Of a stretch of DNA of 64,000 nucleotides, positions 36,909 through 47,105 are shown one piece after another. The DNA is taken from positions 1 through 64,000 of the forward strand of contig JAUCBJ010000045.1 in NCBI GenBank assembly GCA_032718475.1, given 5' to 3'. Positions within the stretch are counted from its first letter, which is position 1; every line of letters starts with the position of its first letter. Below the pieces are notes generated by a model, which ran no database searches, had not been told where the DNA came from, and saw only the letters and a program-made list of their open reading frames with translations. The stretch comes from Nemertoderma westbladi (lineage: Eukaryota; Animalia; Xenacoelomorpha). The position numbers and the translations under genes are program-made.

Positions 36909-39900
36909 TTACGTTATGGAGTCCCTAGATCTTTGTCGAATTAGGGAAGTGGTCGTAGGAAGAGTATCCTGCCTTCCATGGTTTCCGGACAGTTTTTGGT
37001 CTCTTTCCAGTAAACATAAACGACCAGCTGGGTGATTGGGTTGTCGTGTTACTTTCTCCGCTCCCTTGGCCTGTCTACTCTCCGCCGTGGTAAGATGAGG
37101 AGGCCATTCATCTTCTTCTTTACTTAGGGAGTCGGGTCCACCTAACCAGCCGGGAGTATCTATCCGTTCTTGAGGAGTCGCTCCTCTGGAAGCGATGTAG
37201 GCTAGATTAATCATCTCGGGGCGATGTCTCCATTGATCTTCATTGGAGTTAATATCGTCATTATCTGAGGAGTATGGTGTTCCCTCAGTTAGTTCGTCCA
37301 CTTCACTGCTCTCCACTTCCAAACCATTTATCTGGTATAGTCTTTCTGATGGTAGTCTCTCTTCGAGAGTTCTGCGGGAAGGGCCAGTAAAGTACCAACC
37401 TACTCTAGTTCTTACCGCATAGGTTTGTAGTGGCTGCGGTTGAGCAGGTCGTTTTTCCAATGTCTCGAGCGCCTCGTGCGCGTTTTGGCCGATAAGTATT
37501 TGCACTCCAGGATAATCCGTCTGGAATCGAGGTATCTTAAGATGTTGGATGCTCTCATCCTCGTCCCAATTATAAAGGTCTGCTTGGGTAGTAGCGAAGT
37601 TCTTTATAGCCACCATTTTTACTGACCTTATACTTTGTGCTCCTAATTTATCCTGGGGGGTGGACAACGCACCTATATAGTAATCTGCCGTTATGGTAGA
37701 TTTCCAAACCTGCATAATTCCGGACATATTCAACTTAGTTTGGAATTTGGGTTGTCCAGCAAAGATATCTTCGGCTAGTTCTTGATCGATGAATGTTCCT
37801 GTGCTGCCGGAGTCAAGGAGTGCGTTCACTATGTAACTTTTGTTGGGACCGTGAACTCTTACCTGCACTACAGGAAATTCTCTGATTCCTACATTGGAAG
37901 TTGGAGTTTTCCAAGATGGTGGTTTGTCAAAAGTAGTTGGGGGAAACTCATTGGTGGTGTCTTTTTCGTAAGTAAGTGCTCGATACACTGCGGTATTTAT
38001 TAGGTAACAGGATTCGTTGGCGTCGGAGAATTCGTCCGTATAGAATCCTTCCCACTCAGAACTTTGGTCAGTGTCGTTCACATCACTGAATTGGACATGT
38101 GATTTGGGCTCACTTACCTGACTCGGGCTGTTTCGTTCGACTTCCGTGTGCAACAAGCTATGATGTTTCGCGCCGCACTTAGCACACCTTGCGTCAGAGT
38201 AACAGGTTCGCCGCTGGTGTCCGCGTCTGAGACAGTTATAACATAACCGCTTATCCCACAGGACTCCACGTCTATCTGCCATGGATTTCTTTAGGAATTC
38301 TGCACACGCACTCAAACGGTGGGGCCCGTCGCACAGCGCACATTTTGGTTTGATGTTACTCACCTTAACTTGGTTAACGTTCTGCACTCTCGTTCTTTCT
38401 TCGGGCTTTCTTCCGTGAATTCTCTTAGGAGACGTAGGAGGAGTTGTTGTTACCTGTTCTCTCCTGTCACTGATTCGAGACTTGTATTTACTTACGTCTT
38501 TATAGGTCTTGTTGTCATAGTAAGATTTTGCTGTGTCTTTCCCGCTGTCCTCTTCTTGAGAAGCTTGGCTTTCGCCGTCGTCAGTATAACACACTGGTAT
38601 TATCCTTCTCCTAGAAACGGGTTTCTCACTTACCTTATTTTCCGATGTTTTCTCTCTGGACTGCCTTATGAGTTGTAATTTTACTTCACTATCTAAGAAA
38701 GACATGAGATCAGCCATGGTAGGACTTCGTCGTTGTTGTTCATTCATGTTCAACACTTTCTTGTCCCAGCGTGTACATACTCCACCCTTTGGTAAAGTAG
38801 AGACTACGGCTCCAATAACCATGGAACTCTGATATTCATGCGACTTACCTAACCAGTCCAGTTGTCTACAGATCTCTTGAATTTCATCGGAAAACTCTAT
38901 AATCTCGCTACTAAGGAAGTGTCGGGGGGCTACTAATTTTGCATACAAATACTTAGCTATGTTATCCTTGTTACCATACCTGATGTTTAGTGTATCCCAA
39001 ACTTGTCTTAATCCATTTGGATGTCCAATAAACTTTAACGCCATTAACTTGGGAGGTCCTTCCAAGCACTTGATGAGGAATCTAAGTTTCTCTCCGTTAG
39101 ATAGTACAGAGTTCTGTATGCTATCTTTGTAATATTCGTTGAAAGGTAACCATTTCATCTCATCTCCATTGAATTTGACGATCTCTCCCACTTTGACCGC
39201 TTGGCGGGCTTCTGTTCTAGCCATCTGACGCGTAAAGCTTTCTTGGGCCATCGTGTTATTTAATATCGAATTATCGGTATATAAATTTCTCGGATCATTA
39301 TCAGGTCTATAGGGAATATCATTAATAACAGGTCTATAATCACCCTTAATAGGGTTTGCTATAGGAGTTTCAACTTCACTAGCAGTATAGATGCGTGTAG
39401 GCTCCACACCTTGCGCATGTAATACTTCAGACCTAACGGGTTGACACAATGTTACAGGGGGCATTGGTATGCCTTTTTGTATATTGACTAATTTGTCGCG
39501 TTCTAGCGCGATACTTTGCTGCACTTCTTGCAACTCTGCTCTACCTTCCCTCACTGTTCCCTTAAGTTGGTGGACAGTCTCCTGCATCTCTCCTAGCAGA
39601 AGATTCATCCCCCGCCGTCCCTCTTCCACCCACTCAACCGCCGAAGCGGGAGTCGCCAACATAGTAGCGGGCTGACGCGGGACGACGGGAGACAAATTAT
39701 TGATTTCTCTCTCTGCTATCTGGACAGGGGTATTTGAATGGACTGTTCCACCGGGTACAGGCAGTGTAGTGCTATGTAAAGGGAATTTAGAGTTAAGCTC
39801 TGGAAGTGTAGGGGTCTCTAGCACAGAAGTGACTTTGGGAACTACAGGCCTAATTATTTCAGGTTCATCGACTATAGTAAGGAGTCTTTTGACCTGGATA

Positions 39901-41060
39901 AATTGTTCTATAGGTTCTGCACTACCTAAATCTGTGCTAGTTAGCTGTCTTTTAACAGCTGGGGGCAAATCAGGCAATTTACGACGGTAATATGTTTTTC
40001 TACGCCTACTTAGATGAGATCTATCTCCTCCGCCTTCAGGGTCGGTAGTATCGCCTTCCTCCGATGATGTGTACCCCTGGCGCTTGGGAGTAGATTTTCT
40101 CATCATCTGCATTTGATTAGCAGTAAACTGTTTATTTATACTGTCTTGTGTCTCTTGCAGATTCTCCAACTCCAGTTGGGTAGTCTGCTCAGATGCTCTC
40201 CTTTCTGCTTCTCTCACTGCCTTTGCCACCTTTCTTTCTGCTTCTACTTCTGCCGCTGCTGTCTTTCTTTCTGCTGCTGCTTCTGCCGCCACTGCCTTTC
40301 TTTCGGCTTCTGCTTCTGCCGTAGCCGCCGCCATAGCCGCCGCCTTTTGTTCCTCTATCCTTCTTTTCTTTATTTGTTCTTCTTGGACTCTAACGAGGCG
40401 GAGTTTTTCATCACATTCAGCTTGGTTTGCAGCTAACATTTCAGCATCGAGTGCGTCCAACACAAGCTTGGTTCCTTCACTATTAGGGCGAAGTCCAGAC
40501 AGTCGTCTCCTCAACTCTTCGTCTCCTATGAATCGCTGATAGTCTGACAGATAGATGTCAATGGCATCTCTAGTTCGCGGCTTCTCTGCTGCTGTTAATT
40601 CGCTTTCCACTTCGCTTTCCACTTCGCTTTCCACTTCGCTTTCCACTTGAGGAGAAGCAGCGTCGGTTGATTCTTCAAAGGTTGGTCGCTCATCATAAAC
40701 CGTATCCGCCATCTTCGCTCCGCGTTCGGGTCTCCGCTCAGCAGTATCCGAACAACTGGAGCCATCGGGCCGCTGAGAACTAGGTTCTGGGCTAGGAGGT
40801 TGCTGCTGTTTGATAGCTGCTTCTTGATCCCGCTTGACTTGGGCCCGAGTGCCGATGATAGACCTACGGTGTTCTACTAGTCTAGGGTCTGACACTACTA
40901 CGGTAGGGATGGCCTTTCTTACAGCAGGAGGTGACTTAGACTTGGATCTAGGATGTTCTATACTGGGATCTGGGTCACTGATCTTTTTAAGACACTGTCT
41001 AACAGTCATTCTAACACTTTCCAAAAGACTATCCGACAGTGATTGGGTTGTGTCCGACAT
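36909..41060 (-). CDS. Element B Gag-protease polyprotein, 1383 aa, lacking RT and integrase
   Basis: DUF1759-like capsid region (KFNGD..W..F, KLRFL..CLEG, LNIRYG); three BEL-type knuckles (CALCDGPHRLSAC, CYNCLRRGHQRRTC, CAKCGAKHHSLLH); protease ALLDSGS; then only an RNase H tail remnant (IASRG..WLGGP..EWP). Confidence 0.93.
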   Translation of the reverse strand: MSDTTQSLSDSLLESVRMTVRQCLKKISDPDPSIEHPRSKSKSPPAVRKAIPTVVVSDPRLVEHRRSIIGTRAQVKRDQEAAIKQQQPPSPEPSSQRPDGSSCSDTAERRPERGAKMADTVYDERPTFEESTDAASPQVESEVESEVESEVESELTAAEKPRTRDAIDIYLSDYQRFIGDEELRRRLSGLRPNSEGTKLVLDALDAEMLAANQAECDEKLRLVRVQEEQIKKRRIEEQKAAAMAAATAEAEAERKAVAAEAAAERKTAAAEVEAERKVAKAVREAERRASEQTTQLELENLQETQDSINKQFTANQMQMMRKSTPKRQGYTSSEEGDTTDPEGGGDRSHLSRRRKTYYRRKLPDLPPAVKRQLTSTDLGSAEPIEQFIQVKRLLTIVDEPEIIRPVVPKVTSVLETPTLPELNSKFPLHSTTLPVPGGTVHSNTPVQIAEREINNLSPVVPRQPATMLATPASAVEWVEEGRRGMNLLLGEMQETVHQLKGTVREGRAELQEVQQSIALERDKLVNIQKGIPMPPVTLCQPVRSEVLHAQGVEPTRIYTASEVETPIANPIKGDYRPVINDIPYRPDNDPRNLYTDNSILNNTMAQESFTRQMARTEARQAVKVGEIVKFNGDEMKWLPFNEYYKDSIQNSVLSNGEKLRFLIKCLEGPPKLMALKFIGHPNGLRQVWDTLNIRYGNKDNIAKYLYAKLVAPRHFLSSEIIEFSDEIQEICRQLDWLGKSHEYQSSMVIGAVVSTLPKGGVCTRWDKKVLNMNEQQRRSPTMADLMSFLDSEVKLQLIRQSREKTSENKVSEKPVSRRRIIPVCYTDDGESQASQEEDSGKDTAKSYYDNKTYKDVSKYKSRISDRREQVTTTPPTSPKRIHGRKPEERTRVQNVNQVKVSNIKPKCALCDGPHRLSACAEFLKKSMADRRGVLWDKRLCYNCLRRGHQRRTCYSDARCAKCGAKHHSLLHTEVERNSPSQVSEPKSHVQFSDVNDTDQSSEWEGFYTDEFSDANESCYLINTAVYRALTYEKDTTNEFPPTTFDKPPSWKTPTSNVGIREFPVVQVRVHGPNKSYIVNALLDSGSTGTFIDQELAEDIFAGQPKFQTKLNMSGIMQVWKSTITADYYIGALSTPQDKLGAQSIRSVKMVAIKNFATTQADLYNWDEDESIQHLKIPRFQTDYPGVQILIGQNAHEALETLEKRPAQPQPLQTYAVRTRVGWYFTGPSRRTLEERLPSERLYQINGLEVESSEVDELTEGTPYSSDNDDINSNEDQWRHRPEMINLAYIASRGATPQERIDTPGWLGGPDSLSKEEDEWPPHLTTAESRQAKGAEKVTRQPNHPAGRLCLLERDQKLSGNHGRQDTLPTTTSLIRQRSRDSIT

Positions 41061-43326
41061 ATTTGTTTACACAGTCGAATGCCTACAGCTATAAATACAG
41101 TTAAAGCAAGTCTAGTAATTCAGTATCACTGCTAGCCTAATAATTAATTACCGATACTGCTACTTAATATAGCGGGATATATATATATTATATCAGAATA
41201 CCGGTATGCTTATAGTATATATAAGTATTATTACAGACTAGATTTGCCACAGAGTACCGGTGTATAAATTTAGCACAAATATATATATAAATATATAAAT
41301 ATATAATAGGCCTATCGTGGATACCGGTATACAGCTTACACTTATAATATATATAAAGTATAACTATGAACTAAAATTAATTACAGAATACCGGTATGAT
41401 TTCAGCTCAAATTTATAGAAATAAATATAATAAGCCTATGGTAAATACCGGTATGTCAATTATTTTAGAATAATTGAATTTCTGAATATTTAGGGTTACT
41501 TGGTTACTTTAACTTACTTTGTTACCGTTATTTAAGCAGTAGTCCAACTGATTTTGAGACCTAGTTGTTGTATGGCAGGCCTACTACTTATAAATCGTTT
41601 GAGTTGATTTATAATAGATATATACCCGTTTAAATGGGTTTTTTGTCAATATGTGAAATAAATGTTATTATTTCTGGGGGAATCACTACACAGAAGCTGT
41701 GCGCTGTCAGTGAAGTGTTACTTATTGAGACACTAAAACAGATTATTCTAATTTACCTAAGTTACTTATCTACGAATTACTTACGATATGGGTGAGATTA
41801 ATTCTCTAATTAAACACAACAAAATATTACGTACGAATTTTTAGGGTAATTTTACAGGAAGTCTACAAACCAGTCCAACAAAGGGTTAGATTTCTGGTTA
41901 TTACCAAGGACAGGGTACTAAGGGATTTAAATAATAAGTAGTAGTAAATATATTGTACTGTCCAGATAGGAAAATACCACCGCCTGACGACCTATAACCG
42001 TATCGCTATAGGTACTACGTTATGTATCACGGATTGTTCCTACCCAGAAGCTAATAGAGCTAACGAATGTGCCTATCAACCACTTTACAACACAAATATA
42101 CTGCCTACACTAATTACTTAGGAAAGCACTGTACACTAAACCCTAAATTAGGTACAAGTACCGGTATAACAAATAATCAGTAGTTAAATATACTTGAACA
42201 GTTAAAAGAACCACGGCATCTGCTGGAGTGACCGAAGCACAAAGTCGTCAGTCTTTACCTACGCCAAGCAGCCCTGATGTAGTACCGGGGTTAGTTTAAC
42301 TATAACGGTATGTGTAACAAGCACAATTACTGTAGGAATAAACTTGGGGACATGAATGTTGCGAATAATCGCATAAACTCTGAATAATAAATATTACGCT
42401 ACCCGTACAGAATACTCAAACAAAATACAAACCAAACGCTGGCAAACTACTATCAAGCCTAAACAAACTACAGTATGTGCAGATTCTGAAACTGTTAGTT
42501 AGTATGCGTGCTAACACGGTAGTACGACTTACTCTTTAAGAGGGGATTGTCCTTACAGCATATGGCTGCCCCAACTTACTAACGGCACTTGATCAGACCA
42601 ACTCTACACACGCAGCAATCCCTTCAGACCTAAAAATAGCTAGACAACAATCCAGCCTACAAATATTTGAGTAATAACTATTACGGTACCTGAACAGACC
42701 ACACGACAAACAAACACAGGCTAAAACACTGACAGACTACGATCAAGCCTAAATAAACTACAGTATATGCAGACTCTGAAACTGTTAGTTAGTATGCGTT
42801 CTAACACGGTAGTACGACTTATTCTTTAAGAGGGGATTGACCTTCAGCATATGGCTGCCCCAACTTACTAACGGCACTTTATCAGACAAACTCTACACAC
42901 GCCGTAATCTCTCCAAACTCAACAACAGTCAGACAGCAGCCCAGCCTACAATTATCTGAACAATCTGAGCAGGGTCACACGCCTTCTGCTCAATATTAGC
43001 CTACTAGTAAATAAAACTGACAGAAATAGACCTAAGTAAAATCCCAATAAAAACCAGGCGTCCCCGATTTAATATCGAGACCTACCGGTATACAATAATC
43101 AAAATCGAATAATACTAAATGTACTTGTACAGCAGTACCGGTACCGGTGATGACAGTTAGGCCTACTGACCTACAGAAGCACCGGTTCAGTTTTACCAGT
43201 CACTACGGTATTTTGCAACCTTATTGCCTACTGCAATAAGATTATAAACTGTTACTGTTCACCAGAACAGTATTAAACTGTATTTAATGCCTACACTTGC
43301 AACCTTATTGCCTACTGCAATAAGAT

Positions 43327-43339
43327 TATAAACTGTTAC
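43327..43339 (-). promoter_or_regulatory. Element B non-tRNA primer-binding site GTAACAGTTTATA
   Basis: Flush with the 5' LTR end, no TGG; 13/13 complementary to LTR positions 44074-44086. Confidence 0.75.
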
Positions 43340-44576
43340 TGTTCGCGCTTTCGAAGACCTTTAGCAGTTTAACCTGCCAAAATTTATATGTCTTTTCGTT
43401 AATTAAAACCACTTTAGCATACGACAATAATTTATGCTAATACGCAAAACATTAGCCGAAGTCAGCCCATGCGCGATCATTCACCCGATGGATCTACACC
43501 CGGGAGACTGAATTCGGATGCTTGAATTGTATTATTACAGTGTAAGGTTGCAGTGTATACCTAATGTATTATTCGATAGATCGTTAATAATTAATCTCTG
43601 ACAGATATTATTGGCTTTCGGGAAATATTAACAGTTCCTTTAGGACGTGGCGCTTTATCTATTTAAACAGAACTAAGACTTATACTAAACGCAACGATAC
43701 TGCTTATGATTAAAGTATAAAACGTATTCTTTAGGAAATACTTTGTTACCAATCACAATCATACACACTCTTCTGCCGACAGTCAGTATATTTGATCACA
43801 CATAAAGAGAGCAGTAATTGACTCACGTAGGGTCTGCTAAATAACATTGGATTCAATACACACCACATTAATATAAATCGCAATTGTTATTTATAGCCGG
43901 TCTCTCTAACCTGTAGTGTTATCAAGAAAATTGGGAATTGGGTGATTTATCCGTATTATCCAAATAGCGATATTTCCATCAACAAATATTTACAATTAAT
44001 AACTGACGGTAAAATAACAGTACAAACAATATGATTAATGAATTAGTGAGTGATTTAAGTCAGGATTGATGAGGTAACAGTTTATACTTTCGATAATTCA
44101 AGCAGTTTACGGTACAGCAGTATTGGTTACAAAATGCCGGTGTTTCTGGCTTAGACAGCAATAACAACAAAAGTAACAACTCTCTCTCTCAGTAAGACAG
44201 AACACTCTCCTTATGATCGGCAGGAAAGCTACACGTCGACAGGAAAAACCGCCCTGATTGGCCCAAGCCAAACAAAGAACCACGCGGCCAATGGCTGTTT
44301 CCATGTCAACAACCAGCTGCTAGATGTCGTAATATGAATCATCACGGCTAAGCTGTGAAAGGTGGTTTGTGCATTACAAGTTTTTGTCTTACCATGTCCG
44401 CTAAAACACGTATATAGCAGAATGATTTTTATGTCCGTTAAAACACCTGTAAAGGTACCTTGCGGGCGAGGGGAATATATATACAGTTAGAAAACCTTTT
44501 TTAGAGTATTCCAGCGCCGGGGGGGGAACTGGCCAGCAAAGGCAAACGTATCAGTTATCCCACAAAAGCTTTTACA
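43340..44576 (-). repeat. Element B 5' LTR
   Basis: Direct repeat of 32510-33746. Confidence 0.97.
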
Positions 44577-45458
44577 GTCTCACTAGGGAATGAGGAGTTC
44601 TGATCGAGTATTCCGAAACTCTGATCATAGGTTTATTTAAGGATCGTCTGAGTCGAACGAGCGTAGGGGATACATCAAACAAGTTTCGCTCGAAACTCCC
44701 ATAAGTATAGCGAGTAAAACCGTGTTTAAAGCAACGTCTCCGCGGATGTTTATGTCTTTCCGTTTGTTGGTTGGGTCTTGGGCATTCATCGCAATAATAC
44801 CCAAAAACGTACGTCTTGTAGGGGAAACGCGAGTGATCTTTCTCCAGCTTACAATATTCCTCCATCCGTTCGAAGCTATTCGGTACAACAGGTAGCGGTC
44901 GATCGGCGGTAAGATACATCATAGTGGAATAGAGCCGTTTGAGTCCTACCATGTGGTCATGATGTATACCTTGAGGATATCGAGTTTCTAGATTCTGTTG
45001 ACTGGTAATATCGAGATAGGTTTCTCTCAAGAATTCCAGGTATTTGCTGAAGTCGCTGCGTTTATCCGGCTCTTCAACATCTGCACTTTCGAGTCGGTTT
45101 CGAATAGAATTTTCGTGTTCGAGTCTCAGTTTATCGTTCCGCTTCCGCTGGGTATGATATTTAAATAAACCATTTCCCTTTGGTGTCTATATCATTCGTA
45201 TCGTGTAGGTTGATAGGATGACCAGTAGTTAAGAAGTCCACATACGTACCATTACGATGCGTATAGCGAGCGGTGAATTTTCTATAGTCCAACTCACGCG
45301 CAAGTTGCTCCCGGGACATTGGCGGTTAGATATAACGACCATCGTCCTCCGTAGTAGTTGGACCAGCGTCGCCGCGTATCAAGATATCGACAAACGCTTG
45401 TAAAGGTAGAGTATATCGCTCCCTGATACCAAGATCATCTTCTATCAACTCAATCATA
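44577..45458 (-). pseudogene. 5' part of the element A accessory gene
   Basis: MIELIEDDLGIRERYTLPLQAFVD.. is homologous to B 34875-35273 but has a TAA and two 1-nt deletions; EHENSIRNRL runs in frame into ORF 44572-45030. Confidence 0.8.
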
Positions 45459-47105
45459 TCTGCTATATAAGTTTATCCATATTATAATGAGTTTATATTT
45501 AGGCGAGCGGGCGTCGCTGCCTACCCCTCTCTGCCCCCGGACAGTGCGAGATCCTCAGCGCTGGTGTACTTTCGCCGATGTGCCTATCGCCAACGTCGTA
45601 GCTGCACAACGACTACAACAACCAGCACGAGCCACTCCACCGTCCATCCCAAAGGCTTAGATATACTTCAGGTTCTTACTGGAGAGTTAGGGTTACTTTC
45701 ACAATTGCGACTCGCTACTGTAAACACACCTTAGTAGTAACATTCACCTACAAACGCACAAATTCCACGTAACAGTCACAAATGGTACACATTCTATCAC
45801 ACATTCGGGTCATTTGTCCGTTAGTCAAGTGCCTTCCAGAATGTCACGTTGTTATTATGTATCCTTGGATACTAGCGGTGTGCTATTTATTCCGTATGTT
45901 ATTCAATACGCAAGCCCTTTATTGTTCTTTTAACTCACTTCTAATTCTAGCGTGGTTGTTGCCATGGTGACATTATGGAAAGCTAGCGGTAGAATTAGGG
46001 TAATTCTCATGCATACAGATCTGGGATGCTATTTAATAGTAATTCTTTAATGGTCAATATCCCCTTTATACATGATTCTATGAATTTTATCGGCTATTGA
46101 CTATACATTGGAGATTCTCGCACACAAATACACTTAATAGAGTGAATCTCCGCTCCCATGATCTATTAATTAATGGAATTTTGGGAATGTTATAAATTGT
46201 ATAAAATTGCAATTTATTAAATTCATTAAAATATATGAATTTAAATTTATTCCCGTAAATTTTATTATTTAATGTTAAATTGACACAATTTGATTCCAGA
46301 GCAGGTCTGGGGACATAGGATCCTTAATTCTAGGAATTTTGTCCTTTTAAGAGTATCGGTAAGTGCTACGATATCTTAATCGACTAGAATTTTAAAGGAT
46401 CTGATATTTGACAGATTTTTGTAAATATTAATAATTAATATTTAGGATGGGCACCAGTTTATTCCAGAACTTGTCTGGGGACGTTAACCACTGATTCTAG
46501 AATTTTGTCTTTCAAGTATATCGGTGGGTGCCGCGATATCTTAATCGACTAGAATTACAGATGGTCAAAGGGTTTAACAGATTTATTTTGCGTTATACGC
46601 TACTGTTAAAGGGACATCACGCTACTATATGTATTATTTAATATACGGTATGAGAGCAATATCGCACGAAGCAATGTCAGTGTGAAGAGGCAAGTCGTTT
46701 CCAAGGTCTACCCAGAGCTTGGTTTAGCCGAGACACGAGGATCTGAACTTTGCATTCCTAATACTCTGCCTACCAATAATACTTGAATATAGTAGTGGCT
46801 TTATTGTACTTTAATAAGTACGGATATTTCATCTTACTGTAGTCACGTATTTATAATATGATACGGGCAGTAAGGAAAGAGAAAAATAATTATTTCTCGC
46901 CGTCGCACTAAATATATAATATACGTAATTAAGTAATAAACGCGAATATATATTGCACTAATCTACTAAATAATCACTAAAATAACCATACTACTAAATA
47001 AAATTAAATAAAACGATTAAAATAAAATTACATAATAATACATACATAAATATAAAAATAAAACAAATACAAAATAATAGAGTCACACACCCACTCCATA
47101 TGTTG

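Larger units (their letters stand above)
32510..44576 (-). mobile_element. Element B: young, structurally complete non-autonomous BEL/Pao element (12,067 bp)
   Basis: 1237-bp LTRs 32510-33746 and 43340-44576 with no difference seen by eye; TG...CA ends; 5-bp TSD GTCTC (32505-32509, 44577-44581); PPT at 33747-33754. Confidence 0.97.

Noticed and set aside
37440-41094. Plus-strand ORFs opposite gag (also opposite cytohesin, the C integrase and the D gag)
   Set aside because: Antisense shadows of real coding frames with no recognisable motifs.
45500-45656. Hammerhead ribozyme (CUGAGGA on the minus strand in A)
   Set aside because: B has CUGAGAA and I could not place the GAAA and cleavage-site core in either.
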